Shown here in pieces: positions 30,791 through 42,248 of a stretch of DNA of 64,000 nt. Source of the stretch: Alphaproteobacteria bacterium (GTDB lineage Bacteria > Pseudomonadota > Alphaproteobacteria > UBA828); assembly GCA_965214705.1 (NCBI GenBank), contig CBDCCI010000002.1, forward strand, positions 2,752,001-2,816,000. Reading direction: 5' to 3'. The first letter of the stretch is position 1, and the number at the start of each line of letters is the position of its first letter. The notes beneath the pieces were generated by a model. It was not told where the DNA came from. It saw nothing but the letters and a program-made list of their open reading frames with translations, and did no database searches. The translations under genes were made by a program, and so were the position numbers.

Positions 30791-31831
30791 CTAGCTGGCG
30801 GCAGGATCATCGCCCTGATGCAGGACCGCGTGGAAGGTGGCGGGATCGACGTTGCCGCCCGAAAGCACGGCGACCACCGTGCGCCCGGCGGTGGCGATCT
30901 TGCCGGCAAGCACCGCCGCGAGCGCCACCGCGCCACCGGGCTCGACCACGAGCTTGAGATGCAGGAAGGCCGTCCGCATGGCCGCGCCCACCTCGGCGTC
31001 GCTCACGGCTACGCCGCTGTGCACCCGCTCCACGTTGATCGGGAAGGTAAGCGCGCCGGGCTTCGGAGCGAGGAGTGCGTCGCAGAAGCTCTGGCCTTGT
31101 GCACCGGAGACGCCGACGCGACGGCCCTGTTCGAACGACATGGCGTGGTCATCGTAGCCCTGCGGTTCGGCGGTGTGAAGGCGGGTCTCCGGCCAGGCGT
31201 CGGCAATGGCGAGAGACGTTCCGGCCATCAGACCGCCGCCGCCGGCAGGCACGACCACGGCCTCGGGCCGGCAGCCGAACGCTTTGCATTGCCTGACGAT
31301 TTCGTGCCCGACCGTGCCCTGGCCGGCGATGACATTGAAGTCGTCATAGGGCTTGACCAGCGTCGCGCCGCGTTCCTCCGCGATCCGCTTGCCGAGGGCC
31401 TCGCGCGCTTCAGAAGCGCGGTCGTAAAGCACGATCTCGGCACCGTGGCGGCGGGTACCGGCGATCTTCACCTCGGGCGCGTCCCGCGGCATGACGATCA
31501 CTGCCGGCACGCCGACGAGCCTGGCCGCCGCCGCGACGGCCTGGGCGTGGTTGCCGGAGGAATAGGTGACCACGCCGCTCTGCCTGGTGGCCTGATCGAG
31601 CTGCAACAGACGGTTGCACGCGCCCCGGAACTTGAACGAGCCGGTGCGCTGGAGCGGCTCCGCCTTGAGCAGCAGGCGCCCGCCGATCAACTCGTCGAGG
31701 GCGTCGGCCCTGAGCAGCGGCGTCTCGACCGCGTGGCCAGCCAAGCGCTCCGCAGCCCCGCGCACGTCGGAGGGCTTGGGCAGCAGCTCCGACGCCGCCG
31801 TATCCGAAGCGGCACCCTGCGGGTCGCTCAC
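30791..31831 (-). CDS. Threonine/serine dehydratase (PLP, fold type II)
   Basis: KAEPLQRTGSFKFRGA, SSGNHAQ, AGQGT, GGGGL, VVEPGGA, LSGGN. Confidence 0.9.
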   Translation of the reverse strand: MSDPQGAASDTAASELLPKPSDVRGAAERLAGHAVETPLLRADALDELIGGRLLLKAEPLQRTGSFKFRGACNRLLQLDQATRQSGVVTYSSGNHAQAVAAAARLVGVPAVIVMPRDAPEVKIAGTRRHGAEIVLYDRASEAREALGKRIAEERGATLVKPYDDFNVIAGQGTVGHEIVRQCKAFGCRPEAVVVPAGGGGLMAGTSLAIADAWPETRLHTAEPQGYDDHAMSFEQGRRVGVSGAQGQSFCDALLAPKPGALTFPINVERVHSGVAVSDAEVGAAMRTAFLHLKLVVEPGGAVALAAVLAGKIATAGRTVVAVLSGGNVDPATFHAVLHQGDDPAAS

Positions 31832-34062
31832 CGGAGCCTCCGCCGCCGCCATCCTGCGCGGCGGGACTCGCCCCGATCCGGCCGGTCGACTGGCGTGACG
31901 CCGTCGTCGCGCGAAAACCGACACAGCGCACGAAAATCGACATGGGCGCCCCGCTCGCCGTTGCCGATTCGCGCGCAATGAGCAGCCACGGTCTGCCGGG
32001 ACATGCCGCGCGCGAGGTCGCGCTCCAGGCTCGACGCCGTCGGCCGCCGGCCAAGCTGCCAGCGATAAACTTGCGTTCCTTCCAGAACCCGCTGCACGTA
32101 GTTGCGGGTTTCCGAGAGCGGGATCATTTCGATCCAGTCGATGATGTCCACATCCGGGTCGTGCCGGGGATCGCCGTTCGCTGCGATCCAGCGGGAAACG
32201 TTTCGCGGCCCGCCATTATAGGCGGCGACGGCCAGCAGGTACGAACCATCGAAGCGCGCGAGCATGTCGCTCAAGTAGCGGCTGCCGAGCGCGACATTGT
32301 GCGCGCGATTGGAGGTGAGGCGTCTGCTGGACTGGCTCAGGCCCATCTTGCGGGCGACGCTCTTTGCGGTCCGGGGCATCAGCTGCATCAAACCGAGCGC
32401 GCCTGAGCCGCTCCGTGCCAGTCGGTCGAAGCGGCTCTCCTGGCGGATCAGCGCGAGCACCAGGGCATGTTCGAGAGCGCCGTCCTCCCGTGCGAACGGC
32501 ACGTTCACGAGCGGAAATAGCCGGTCGATGGAGACGTACCCGTCCCGCGCGGCGTGCTGGGCCGCACGAATCGCCTGCTCGGGCTGACCGACGGAAAGCG
32601 CAAACGCCGAAATCATGGCGTAATCCGCCTCGTTGCGCGCGAGCGTGCTCAGGCGCTTGTAGAAAGAATCCACAAGATAGTCGCGGCCGAGAAACGTCAG
32701 GAAGCGAACGGCCGCGAACAGCGCATGGTCGTTGAGCGTCGCAGCACCGGCGGCGCCGGAACCGGCGCCGATCAGCGGCGCGTCGGATGCGGCAATCCGG
32801 GCCATTGCGACTTGGCCATAGAAGGTGGCCGGGTACGCCGCGGCCTTGCCGTACCAGAGAGCGGCCCCCTCCGGATCGCCGGACGTGTCTGCGGCCAGGC
32901 CCGTCCAATAGGCCGCGCGTGCCCGGCTGATCGGCATGGTCACCGCGCCGTGCATACGCTCGAAATGGAGAAACGCACCGCGCGCATCGTCCAGGAAACG
33001 AAGCGCGATCCACCCGGCGAGCCATTCGGCTTCGGAATACGTCGAGGCCGCGGTCTGTCGGTGCTCGGCGGCGAGCGCGTAGGCCTCATCGACCAGCCCG
33101 TCCTCCAGGGCGTGGCGCGCCAGAGTGGCCCGCTCTCGCCACCAGAGCTTGGGCCTGGGGCCGAGATCCTGCGGTGGAGTCTCCAAGAGGGCCCGGGCAT
33201 CCTCGTCGCGACCCTTCTTTCGCCGCCAGCGCAGCCGCTCGTAGACAAGACCTGGATGATTGCGAAGCGACTGCGGCACGCGTGCAATCGCCCGATCCAC
33301 GCCACCGGCGTAGGCGCGCAGCGTCAGCCGCGCCTCCGCCAGCCGCTGCTGCCCCTCGTCGACATAGCGGTACATGCGCCGTGCCGCGCGGGCGTAATTG
33401 GCCCACACCAGGCGATCCAAGCGGGCGACATGATCCTCGGGCCGCAGGTGCGCGCGGTAGCGGCGGTAGGTCTCGCGCAGCTTCCGCCCGGTGAACCACC
33501 CCTCGACCCAAGCCTTGCGGACCAGTGCAGCCGCGCGATGTTCCTGGCCGATGCCGAACAGGGCGTCGGCATAGCGCAGTCGGCCCTCACGGCTGATGGG
33601 ATCGCGCCAGCGGTACCAGGCCAGGACCTCCGCATCGGAGACTCCCTTCGCCATGGCAGACTCAGCATTGATCTGGAGCAGTCTCTGATCCGGCCAATCC
33701 GGATACTCGTCCATGAAATGCGCGATGTCGGCGAAGGAAGCGCGGGTGCCCGGGCTGCTGTAGTCCCACCAGCGCAGGATCGTGGCGCCGAGGGGGTCGC
33801 TCGCTCTGCGGGCGAGGCGATGGGCACGGCTCCAGTTGTTGCGCGCCCCCGCTCTGAAGGCGTCGACATAAAGCGCGATGTCGGCCCGCGCCACGGCCGG
33901 CGGCATGGGCGGCGCCGGCTCCTCCTTGGCATAAGTCGGTGAGCCGAAGACGATCGGCAGAAGCACCGCCAGGGTAACGAGCACTGTCCAAATCGGCAGC
34001 GCGACGCGAGCGCGTACACGGTCCAGGAAAGCGGCGACTCGACGCGGCCTTGTTCCCAACAT
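31828..34062 (-). CDS. slt: Soluble lytic murein transglycosylase (Slt70-like)
   Basis: [33 protein letters not shown]; start codon uncertain. Confidence 0.9.
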   Translation of the reverse strand: MLGTRPRRVAAFLDRVRARVALPIWTVLVTLAVLLPIVFGSPTYAKEEPAPPMPPAVARADIALYVDAFRAGARNNWSRAHRLARRASDPLGATILRWWDYSSPGTRASFADIAHFMDEYPDWPDQRLLQINAESAMAKGVSDAEVLAWYRWRDPISREGRLRYADALFGIGQEHRAAALVRKAWVEGWFTGRKLRETYRRYRAHLRPEDHVARLDRLVWANYARAARRMYRYVDEGQQRLAEARLTLRAYAGGVDRAIARVPQSLRNHPGLVYERLRWRRKKGRDEDARALLETPPQDLGPRPKLWWRERATLARHALEDGLVDEAYALAAEHRQTAASTYSEAEWLAGWIALRFLDDARGAFLHFERMHGAVTMPISRARAAYWTGLAADTSGDPEGAALWYGKAAAYPATFYGQVAMARIAASDAPLIGAGSGAAGAATLNDHALFAAVRFLTFLGRDYLVDSFYKRLSTLARNEADYAMISAFALSVGQPEQAIRAAQHAARDGYVSIDRLFPLVNVPFAREDGALEHALVLALIRQESRFDRLARSGSGALGLMQLMPRTAKSVARKMGLSQSSRRLTSNRAHNVALGSRYLSDMLARFDGSYLLAVAAYNGGPRNVSRWIAANGDPRHDPDVDIIDWIEMIPLSETRNYVQRVLEGTQVYRWQLGRRPTASSLERDLARGMSRQTVAAHCARIGNGERGAHVDFRALCRFSRDDGVTPVDRPDRGESRRAGWRRRRLR

Positions 34063-34114
34063 GCTGCCAACCTATTCTCGCCGAAGCCGCAATGCACGAC
34101 CGTGGGAGCGTGTC

Positions 34115-34990
34115 ATGTTCCAGGGATATCTGACGGCCCTGATCACGCCGTTCCGCAATGGCGAAGTGGATGAAGACGCCTACCGTGATTTCGTCGACTG
34201 GCAAATCGAGGAGGGTGCCGCCGGGCTCGTGCCCTGCGGAACCACGGGTGAATCGCCGACCCTCAGCCACGAGGAACACCACCGGGTGACCGAGATCTGC
34301 ATCGAGGTCGCGGCGGGACGGGTTCCGGTCGTGGCCGGCACGGGCTCGAACTCGACCGAAGAGGCGATCAGCCTCACCCGCCACGCCAAGGACGCCGGCG
34401 CAGACGGCGCGCTGCTCGTCATGCCCTATTACAACAAGCCGACGCAAGAGGGGATGTACGCCCACTACAAGGCGGTCAACGACGCCGTGGACATCCCGCA
34501 GATCATCTACAACATCCCCGGCCGGAGCGTGGTGGACATGTCGGTCGAGACCATGGCCCGCCTCGCCGAGCTTCCCAACGTGGTGGGCGTCAAGGATGCG
34601 ACCGCCGACTTGGGCCGGCCCACGCGCACCAGGAACACCATCGGCGAAGAGTTCTGCCAGCTCTCGGGCGAGGACGGGACGATCCTGGGTTTCCTGGCAC
34701 AAGGCGGCGACGGCTGCATCTCGGTGACCGCGAACGTGGCACCGCGCCAGTGCGCGGGCTTCTTCGCCGCGTGGGATCGTGGCGATGCCGCCGAGGCGCT
34801 GGATCGGCACAGCCAGCTGATGCCGCTCCACGACACGTTGTTCGTCGAGAGCAACCCGATCCCGGTCAAGTACGCCGCGTCGCTGCTCGGCAAGTGCGAG
34901 CCGGAGGTGAGGCTGCCGCTGACCTCGCCCAGCGAGGCGAACCGCGAGCGGATCGAATCGGCGATGCGCCGGGTCGGCCTCCTCAACTGA
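34115..34990 (+). CDS. dapA: 4-hydroxy-tetrahydrodipicolinate synthase
   Basis: [36 protein letters not shown]. Confidence 0.96.
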   Translation: MFQGYLTALITPFRNGEVDEDAYRDFVDWQIEEGAAGLVPCGTTGESPTLSHEEHHRVTEICIEVAAGRVPVVAGTGSNSTEEAISLTRHAKDAGADGALLVMPYYNKPTQEGMYAHYKAVNDAVDIPQIIYNIPGRSVVDMSVETMARLAELPNVVGVKDATADLGRPTRTRNTIGEEFCQLSGEDGTILGFLAQGGDGCISVTANVAPRQCAGFFAAWDRGDAAEALDRHSQLMPLHDTLFVESNPIPVKYAASLLGKCEPEVRLPLTSPSEANRERIESAMRRVGLLN

Positions 34991-35030
34991 GTACGGCACC
35001 GGGGCGGCGCCCCGCGACCAGCCTCTTACG

Positions 35031-35504
35031 GTGAGCGACAAATCCGCCCCCGGCGGCAAACGAATTGCGCAAAATCGCAAGGCGCGCCGCGACTATCATC
35101 TCGAACGCCCCTTCGAGGTCGGCATCCGGCTCACCGGGACCGAGGTCAAGTCGCTCCGGGCAGGACGGGCCAACATCAACGATGCCTACGCCACCGAACG
35201 TGGCGGCGAGGTGTTTCTCATCAACGCCCACATCGCCCAATACGACGGCGCCGGCCCGTTCAATCACGACCCACTACGGCCGCGAAAGCTGCTGCTGCAC
35301 AAGCGGGAGATACGCAAGCTGGTGGGGGCGCTGCGCCGTGGCGGCGTGACCCTGGTCCCGCTCGCCCTCTACTTCAACGAGCGCGGTATCGCCAAGGTGG
35401 CGCTCGCCATGGCCTCGGGAAAACGCAAGTACGACAAGCGCGCCGCGGAGAAGGCGCGGGACTGGCAGCGCCAGAAGGAACGGCTGGTCCGCGAACGCGG
35501 ATAG
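35031..35504 (+). CDS. smpB: SsrA-binding protein
   Basis: IAQNRKAR, GTEVKSLR, RKLLLHKREI, GKRKYDKR. Confidence 0.96.
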   Translation: MSDKSAPGGKRIAQNRKARRDYHLERPFEVGIRLTGTEVKSLRAGRANINDAYATERGGEVFLINAHIAQYDGAGPFNHDPLRPRKLLLHKREIRKLVGALRRGGVTLVPLALYFNERGIAKVALAMASGKRKYDKRAAEKARDWQRQKERLVRERG

Positions 35505-35740
35505 AAGGATTGAACGAAGCCGCTACGCGGAGTTAGCGGCGTAGAGTTCATTCATTTCCGAGGCGTCGCGGGTGCCGTTTGTTCTGTGCGTTCGCTTCCC
35601 GGTTGCGTCAGTGGCGCTCCGCCCGTCGGGTGGCGGATCCCCAGCAGCCTCCCGATCACCAGTGGTTAGCATCGACCCCTGCGACGGACCGTCGCCGGAT
35701 CGGTCCGGCGGCGCGCCGTCGCGATCCAGGGAGATCGATA

Positions 35741-36619
35741 ATGACCGGGACCGCGTGCGACACGAACACCGTCACCCCTCTTCGCCAGCGCATGGAGGAG
35801 CAGCTCCGCATCGCCAATCTGGCCGCGAGCACGTCCAAGGCCTACATCTGCGAGATCAAGAACCTGGCCAGGTACTACGACGCCTCGCCGGACGAGCTCG
35901 ACGCCGAGCAGGTGCGCCAGTGGTACCTGGGGCGGATCGACAAGGGGCTCAGTCCGGGCACGACCAACGTCTCCTTCGCCGCGCTGAACTTCCTCTACAT
36001 CGACACACTCGGCTGGCCTGACCATGTCGCCGGCCTGCGCTCCCGCAAGAAGCCCGGCAAGCTGCCGCGCTACATGTCGGAGCAGGAGGTCGAGCACCTC
36101 ATCCTTGCGACACCCGACCTCCGCCACCGTGCTGCCATTGTCACCGGCTATGGCGGCGGGCTCCGCATCTCCGAGACCTTGGCCATCAAGGTCGGCGACA
36201 TCCTGTCGGAGAAGAAGCTGCTGCACATCCCCTCCGGCAAAGGCGGCACCGAGAGAATGGCACCGTTGCCGGACATCGTCATCCACTACTTGCGCGTCTA
36301 CTACAGGAACATCTGGCCGCGTCCGACGAGCTGGCTCTTCTACGGCGTCTCGCTCGACAGGCCCATCGCAACGGAGACCTTGCAGGCCGCCTTCAGGAGG
36401 GCGCGCGACATTGCCGAGCTCGACCGCAGCTACACCTTCCATTGCCTGCGCCATTCGGCGGCGACCCATCTCCTCGAGCGCGGCGGCGATATCGAGGTGA
36501 TCCGGGACATGCTCGGCCATCGAAGCGCGAACACGACCCGTCACTACGCCCGCGTCACCGGCAAGATGTTCGAGGGCCTCGACCACCCGATCTCAGGCTT
36601 CGCAGCGTTGCGCAACTGA
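35741..36619 (+). CDS. Tyrosine recombinase (phage integrase family, N-terminal SAM-like domain)
   Basis: GLRISE, GKGG, HCLRHS, LGH, TRHYAR catalytic set complete. Confidence 0.92.
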   Translation: MTGTACDTNTVTPLRQRMEEQLRIANLAASTSKAYICEIKNLARYYDASPDELDAEQVRQWYLGRIDKGLSPGTTNVSFAALNFLYIDTLGWPDHVAGLRSRKKPGKLPRYMSEQEVEHLILATPDLRHRAAIVTGYGGGLRISETLAIKVGDILSEKKLLHIPSGKGGTERMAPLPDIVIHYLRVYYRNIWPRPTSWLFYGVSLDRPIATETLQAAFRRARDIAELDRSYTFHCLRHSAATHLLERGGDIEVIRDMLGHRSANTTRHYARVTGKMFEGLDHPISGFAALRN

Positions 36620-36625
36620 CGGCGC

Positions 36626-37867
36626 GTGGAGGCCGAACGCGCGGGCGTGGCGGAGATCTTCCGCCGCGCCGGCGCCGCTTTCCGTGAGCGCCACAAAGGG
36701 CGCATCGACGCCGCCCGGCTCAAGGTCATGGGCGCCATCGAGGCGTGCCGCACCGCCGTGCTCGGCGGCCACATGTACGCCTGCGAGGGCTGCGGGCGCG
36801 AGCATCCGCTCTTCAACTCCTGCCGCAACCGCCACTGCCCCACCTGCCAGGGTCTCGCCGCCAACCTCTGGAGCGAGGAGCGCGCCGGGGACATCCTGCC
36901 GGTGCCCTACTTCCATGTGGTCTTCACCCTGCCCAAGGAGGTTGCCGCCATTGCCTTCTGCAACCGCAGGGTGGTGTTCGACATCCTCTTCCGGGCCGTC
37001 GCCGAGACCCTGCGCACCATCGCCGCCGATCCCCGCCACGGCGGCATGCGCATCGGCGGCACCGCGGTCCTCCATACCTGGGATCAGAAGCTCCGCTTCC
37101 ACCCGCACCTGCACGTGGTCGTGCCCAACGCGGGCTTCGACGTAGACAGTGGCGAGTGGAAGACGGGGAGCACCACCTTCCTCGCCCCCGTCAAGGTCCT
37201 CGGCAGCCTGTTCCGCCGCCTCTTCCTCGAGGAGCTCGCCCGCGCCCACGGCCGGGGGGACCTGGAGTTCCACGGCACCCTCGCCCACCTCGCCAATCCC
37301 GGCGAGTTCCACGCCACGCTTGCCGCCGCCCGGGCCAGGGACTGGGTGGTCTACGCCAAGCGGCCCTTCCGCGGGCCTGAGCAGGTCTTCCGGTACCTGT
37401 CGCACTACACGCACAGGATCGCCATCTCCGACAGCCGCATCGTCTCCTTCGACGGCGAGACGGTCTCCTTCCGCCACCGAAAGCCCAAGGCGCCGGGGCA
37501 GAGAAAGCCGCGCTACGGCATCGCCACCGTGAGCGCCGACGAGTTCATCCGCCGCTTCCTGAGGCACGTCCTGCCGGACGGCATGCACCGCATTCGCTAC
37601 TTCGGCATCCTCGCCAACGGCTGCCGCGCCAGCACGCTGGAGAGAGCACGCCAGGCTCTCGGCGCCCTCGGCTGCGCCGCCCCCGAGGGAAGCGTGGACG
37701 GCGCTCGGGCCGAGCCCGACGAAGAGCCCGAGATCGGCACCGCGCCCGTGGCCTGCCCCCACTGCGGCGGCGTCATGCGCCTCGTCCGCGAAATCCGCCG
37801 CCGCCATGAGCCCCGCTCGACGCGCGGCCCGCCGGCGCTGCCGCCGACCCACAGGGGGAAACCGTGA
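36626..37867 (+). CDS. IS91-family (Y2 HUH) transposase
   Basis: SCRNRHCPTC Zn domain, YFHVVFTLP, HUH HPHLH, YLSHY, RIRYFG, C-terminal CPHC. Confidence 0.93.
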   Translation: MEAERAGVAEIFRRAGAAFRERHKGRIDAARLKVMGAIEACRTAVLGGHMYACEGCGREHPLFNSCRNRHCPTCQGLAANLWSEERAGDILPVPYFHVVFTLPKEVAAIAFCNRRVVFDILFRAVAETLRTIAADPRHGGMRIGGTAVLHTWDQKLRFHPHLHVVVPNAGFDVDSGEWKTGSTTFLAPVKVLGSLFRRLFLEELARAHGRGDLEFHGTLAHLANPGEFHATLAAARARDWVVYAKRPFRGPEQVFRYLSHYTHRIAISDSRIVSFDGETVSFRHRKPKAPGQRKPRYGIATVSADEFIRRFLRHVLPDGMHRIRYFGILANGCRASTLERARQALGALGCAAPEGSVDGARAEPDEEPEIGTAPVACPHCGGVMRLVREIRRRHEPRSTRGPPALPPTHRGKP

Positions 37868-38129
37868 GACGCCCGCTCGCTTCGGCCCCGCGCAACGGCG
37901 CCAAAGCGCCGACGCACGACCGAACCTGTCTCCGCTTGAGCCGGGCTGACAGCCCTCGGCTCACACCCCGCTCAGTCCTCGCAGCGTGCGCCCGCATGCC
38001 TGCCGAAAGACCGGCGCGAGCGTCGATTTTATGCGCAACTCTGCTGCCGGTGGATGCCGCCTGACGCTGACATCAGCGCACTTTCCACATAGCTCAACTT
38101 CGCCTCTCGTGGCCCGCGGCTTCGTTCAA

Positions 38130-38171
38130 AAGGGTTGGGCAGGCTCTCGAGAGAGAGCCTGCCCAACCCTT
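38130..38171. terminator. Bidirectional terminator-like hairpin (19-bp perfect stem)
   Basis: AAGGGTTGGGCAGGCTCTC-GAGA-GAGAGCCTGCCCAACCCTT between convergent units. Confidence 0.75.
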
Positions 38172-38184
38172 AACCTTTGCCGGC

Positions 38185-38847
38185 TCAGGCGCGGGCCTCG
38201 TCCAACACATCCCGAATCGCGGCGAAGACATCGGCAAACATCGCCGGCGTGAGACGGCCCGTGTTCGTGTTGAGGCGAGAACAGTGGTAGCTATCGAACA
38301 GTAGGCGCCCGTCTTCCAAAGAATGGACCGCGCCGTGGACGAAGCGATGGCTGCCGGCGCGGAACCCCAGCGACCTCAGCACCGCGCCGTGAGCGACCAG
38401 GCCCAGCGCGAGGATCGCCCGAAGCCGTGTCATCGCCGCGATCTCGGCCGTGAGGAACTGACGGCACGCCGCGATTTCCGCTCCCTTCGGCTGGTTCTGC
38501 GGAGGGACACAGCGAACCGCATTGGTGATCCGGCAATCGTGCAGGGTGAGGCCATCGGCGGCGTGGGCGCCGTAGGCACCGTGGGCGAAGCCGAAATCGC
38601 CGAGAGTGGCGTAAAGCAGGTCGCCGGCAAAATCGCCTGTGAAGGGCCGGCCTGTGCGATTGGCGCCGCGCAGGCCGGGCGCGAGACCGACGATCAACAG
38701 TCGCGCATCAAGTCCACCGAAGCTCGTCACCGGTGCATTGTGCCAGTCCGGCTCGGCAGCCCTATGACCTTCACGAAAGGCGGCGAGTCGTGGGCACAGG
38801 TCGCAGTCCCGGTCCGGTGCGCGCGGAGCCGGCGCCGGCGTGCTCAC
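38185..38847 (-). CDS. Uracil-DNA glycosylase family 5 (UdgB)
   Basis: CDLCPRL, GLAPGLRGANRTGRPFTGD, NAVRCVPP, SYHCSRLN. Confidence 0.9.
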   Translation of the reverse strand: MSTPAPAPRAPDRDCDLCPRLAAFREGHRAAEPDWHNAPVTSFGGLDARLLIVGLAPGLRGANRTGRPFTGDFAGDLLYATLGDFGFAHGAYGAHAADGLTLHDCRITNAVRCVPPQNQPKGAEIAACRQFLTAEIAAMTRLRAILALGLVAHGAVLRSLGFRAGSHRFVHGAVHSLEDGRLLFDSYHCSRLNTNTGRLTPAMFADVFAAIRDVLDEARA

Positions 38848-39491
38848 GCCGTGTGCGCGACCTCGTCGGCCATCTCGTCCTCCTCACCCTCGTCGCCGTA
38901 CCCCTCGTACTCGTCCTCCATCGGCTCCCTCAGAGTCCGGGCACGTTCGTGCCGCCACTTCGGCTCGCGCGCGATCACGGGCTCGAGCTCCTGCAGCTCA
39001 ATGAAGGTGTCGGCTTGTCGGCGGAGTTCGTCGGCAATCATCGGGGGCTGCGAGCGGATCGTGCTGACAACCGATACCCGCACACCCTTGCGCTGGACGG
39101 CCTCGGTCACACGGCGAAAATCGCCATCGCCCGAGAACAGCACGATGTGGTCGAGGACGTCGGCCAACTCCATCATGTCGACCGCGATTTCGATATCCAT
39201 GTCGCCCTTGACCTTGCGGCGACCCAAGGAATCGGTGAACTCCTTGGTCGGCTTCGTGATCAAGGTGTAGCCGTTGTAGTCGAGCCAATCGACCAGCGGC
39301 CGGATCGGCGAATACTCCTGATCCTCGATGAGAGCCGTGTAATAGAGAGCACGGATGAGCCGGGCCTTGCCCGCGAACTCCTCCCTCAAGCGCTTGTAGT
39401 CAATGTCGAATCCGAGCGAACGGGCTGCGGCGTAGAGATTTGCGCCGTCGATAAAGAGGCCGATCCGCTCTTGCGGGTTGAAATCCATCAA
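38844..39491 (-). CDS. NYN domain protein (LabA/DUF88)
   Basis: FIDGANL, KGDMDIEIAVD, LFSGDGDF, LRRQADTF. Confidence 0.9.
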   Translation of the reverse strand: MMDFNPQERIGLFIDGANLYAAARSLGFDIDYKRLREEFAGKARLIRALYYTALIEDQEYSPIRPLVDWLDYNGYTLITKPTKEFTDSLGRRKVKGDMDIEIAVDMMELADVLDHIVLFSGDGDFRRVTEAVQRKGVRVSVVSTIRSQPPMIADELRRQADTFIELQELEPVIAREPKWRHERARTLREPMEDEYEGYGDEGEEDEMADEVAHTA

Positions 39492-39651
39492 GTTCTATCC
39501 TTCTCGGTCAGGTAAGGCAGAATACCGGAGAGCATGCCGTTGCTGCGTGGCGCATCTCTCCGTCGCCCACGAGGTCGCGGGCGCTTGGCACGCGCGCCAT
39601 AACTAGGGATTATCGGAGAGCGGGACAAGTGCAAGAGCGCGTTTCGTCACA

Positions 39652-40179
39652 ATGATTTTGGTCGCACTCGGTGCGAACCTCGCAAGCGCGCGTCATGGCA
39701 CGCCAGCCGAGGGGCTGGACGCAGCGCTCGCTGCGCTTGCCGAGCACGGAATCCTGCCCGTCGCGCGGTCGCGGTGGTACCGCAGCGCGCCGGTTCCACC
39801 CGCGCAAGGCCCCTGGTTCGTCAACGGCGTGGTCCGGGTCGAGACGACGCTCTCCCCCGTCCCGCTCATGGCGCACCTCCTTGCCGTCGAAGCGGCGTTC
39901 GGACGACGGCGGAGCATTGCCGGCGCGGACCGTCCCCTCGACCTCGATCTCCTGGACTACGATGGCCAGGTCGTCCACCACGCCGCCAGCGACGACGGAC
40001 CGGCACTCAGCCTCCCTCACCCCAGGCTTGCGGAACGCGCGTTCGTGCTGGCACCGCTCATTGAGGTGGCCCCCGACTGGCGGCATCCGGTGAGCGGCGC
40101 CACCGCCGCATCTCTGCTCGCGGTGGTGGCGGGGGATCAGACCATCGAGCCGCTTTCGCCTGCCCCAACCGGCGCGTGA
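39652..40179 (+). CDS. folK: 2-amino-4-hydroxy-6-hydroxymethyldihydropteridine diphosphokinase
   Basis: ALGANL, FVNGV, RPLDLDLL, PHPRLAERAFVLAPL. Confidence 0.93.
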   Translation: MILVALGANLASARHGTPAEGLDAALAALAEHGILPVARSRWYRSAPVPPAQGPWFVNGVVRVETTLSPVPLMAHLLAVEAAFGRRRSIAGADRPLDLDLLDYDGQVVHHAASDDGPALSLPHPRLAERAFVLAPLIEVAPDWRHPVSGATAASLLAVVAGDQTIEPLSPAPTGA

Positions 40180-40396
40180 CTGCGCCGGCGCTCCGGTAGC
40201 GAACCGCCCACAATCGGACGCTTGCGAGCGCCCGATCGCAAAATCGCATATTGATTTGATCATTTTCGATAGCGAGAGATATCATGGCCCGGCCGCGGAC
40301 GGCGGCCCGGTAGGGCGGAGGCGGCGGCTTCCGACGAGGGCTCTGCAATCGCGTCGGCTACACGCTCGGCAGCCGGCGCCACGGTCGAAGGACGGA

Positions 40397-41701
40397 ATGC
40401 GAAGACTACTGGCAGCCGGCATTGCCGGCTTGATGATGATTTCCCTCCCGGCGATTACGCTCGCCGACGAGGACCAGGAAACCTATGAGCAGCTCGATCT
40501 GTTCGGCGACATTCTCGAACGAATACGGGACGAGTATGTCGAGGAAGTAAGCACGTCCGACCTGATCGATGCCGCCATCGAGGGCATGATCGGCTCGCTC
40601 GATCCGCATTCGAAGTACCATAACCCCAAGAGCTACAAGGAAGTCCAGGTTCAGGCGCGGGGTGAGTTCGGCGGCCTCGGCATCGAAGTGACGATGGAGA
40701 ACGGCCTCGTCAAGGTGATCGCGCCGATCGACGACACGCCCGCGCAGCGTGCCGGGATCGAGGCGGGGGACCTGGTGACCCATCTCGACGACGAGCCGGT
40801 GCTCGGTCTCACCCTCCAGCAGGCGGTCGACAGGATGCGCGGCCCCGCCAACTCCGAGATCACGCTCACCGTCCGCCGCAGAGGGGTGGAGGAGGATCTG
40901 ACGTTTCCGATCACCCGCGCGATCATCAAAATTCGTTCGGTGCGCGCGCGGGTGGTGGATGACGAGATCATCCTCGCGCGGATCTCGACGTTCTCCGAGC
41001 ACACGTCCGACGATCTCGAGGGAACACTGGGCGACCTGTGGGACGAGCGGGGCGATCAGGTGCTCGGCGCCGTACTTGACCTCCGCAACAATCCCGGAGG
41101 CCTTCTCGATCAGGCGATTGCGGTCTCGGATGCGTTCCTGGAACGGGGTGAAATCGTATCGACCAGGGGTCGGGACCCCGACAGCATTCTGCGCTTCAAC
41201 GCGCGCCAAGGAGACATCATCGACGGCCTGCCGCTGGTCGTGCTGATCAACAGCGGGACGGCCTCGGCCTCCGAGATCGTGGCCGGTGCGCTACAGGATC
41301 ACGGGCGGGCACTACTCCTCGGCACCCGCTCGTTCGGCAAGGGCTCGGTGCAGACGGTGCTTCCGCTCAGCGGGCGCGGCGCACTGCGGCTTACCACGGC
41401 GCGCTACTTCACGCCGTCCGGCCGCTCGATCCAGGAACAGGGGATCGACCCCGATATCGTCGTGGAGCAGATTCGGCCCGAGCCCGAGCCAGAGGCTGAC
41501 GCGGTGCCTGAACGGCGGGAAGAGGACCTGCGGGGCCATCTCGACAATGACGGGTCCGGTGTCGAGGACGAAGTTGACCCGGTGACGGAGGAGGCTGTCC
41601 AGGTTGAGGACGACCCGGCGGATGGCGACTATCAACTGGCCCGCGCGATCGAGCAGCTGCGCGGCTTCCACGTCCTCTCGGGCAGAGCGATCGTAAACTG
41701 A
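40397..41701 (+). CDS. ctpA: Carboxy-terminal processing protease (S41, PDZ)
   Basis: [43 protein letters not shown]. Confidence 0.92.
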   Translation: MRRLLAAGIAGLMMISLPAITLADEDQETYEQLDLFGDILERIRDEYVEEVSTSDLIDAAIEGMIGSLDPHSKYHNPKSYKEVQVQARGEFGGLGIEVTMENGLVKVIAPIDDTPAQRAGIEAGDLVTHLDDEPVLGLTLQQAVDRMRGPANSEITLTVRRRGVEEDLTFPITRAIIKIRSVRARVVDDEIILARISTFSEHTSDDLEGTLGDLWDERGDQVLGAVLDLRNNPGGLLDQAIAVSDAFLERGEIVSTRGRDPDSILRFNARQGDIIDGLPLVVLINSGTASASEIVAGALQDHGRALLLGTRSFGKGSVQTVLPLSGRGALRLTTARYFTPSGRSIQEQGIDPDIVVEQIRPEPEPEADAVPERREEDLRGHLDNDGSGVEDEVDPVTEEAVQVEDDPADGDYQLARAIEQLRGFHVLSGRAIVN

Positions 41702-41735
41702 GCCGGCACGCGCGTCGGCCCCACCTCCGGGTGAC

Positions 41736-42248
41736 ATGAATAGTCTCGACGGGCTCCCCTATCGGCCCTGTGTCGGCGTGCTGTTGTTCAATGCACGGCG
41801 GCAGGTCTTCGTCGGGCAGCGCATCGACATGGTGCAGGAAGCCTGGCAGATGCCGCAGGGCGGCATCGACCGGGGCGAAGGCCCGCGTGATACGGCGCTA
41901 AGGGAGCTTGAGGAAGAGACCGGCGTCAGACCCGACAAGGTGGAACTCGTCGCGGAAACGCGGGAGTGGCTGCGCTACGACTTGCCGCCCAACCTGGTAA
42001 ACCGCGTCTGGCGCGGGCGCTACCGGGGCCAGGAGCAGAAGTGGTTCGCTGCGCGCTTCCTCGGTACCGATGCCGACATCGACATCGACACCCCGCATCC
42101 CGAGTTCAGCGGCTGGCGCTGGTCGCCGGTCGACGAAATCGCCACGAACGCCGTTTCCTTCAAGCGGGCGCTCTACGAAGCGGTGATTGCTGAGTTTCGC
42201 CCGTTTCTTTATCCCGCAACCGCACCAGACGGCGGACATAAAGCCTGA
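41736..42248 (+). CDS. rppH: RNA pyrophosphohydrolase (Nudix)
   Basis: [40 protein letters not shown]. Confidence 0.93.
   Translation: MNSLDGLPYRPCVGVLLFNARRQVFVGQRIDMVQEAWQMPQGGIDRGEGPRDTALRELEEETGVRPDKVELVAETREWLRYDLPPNLVNRVWRGRYRGQEQKWFAARFLGTDADIDIDTPHPEFSGWRWSPVDEIATNAVSFKRALYEAVIAEFRPFLYPATAPDGGHKA

Larger units (their letters stand above)
35510..38129 (+). mobile_element. Tyrosine recombinase + IS91-like transposase element with 14-bp terminal inverted repeats
   Basis: TTGAACGAAGCCGC (35510-35523) / GCGGCTTCGTTCAA (38116-38129) enclose the two ORFs; sits between the smpB stop and a terminator hairpin. Confidence 0.85.

Noticed and set aside
35505-35740. tmRNA or tRNA attachment site after smpB
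   Set aside because: No tRNA-like ends seen; the region belongs to the IS91-like element's left end
35741-36619. Integron integrase
   Set aside because: Too short for the IntI-specific insertion, no attC array, and tightly paired with an IS91-like transposase
42160-42248. 89-bp convergent overlap of rppH and the ferritin-like gene
   Set aside because: Overlap involves only low-information tails; common in GC-rich genomes
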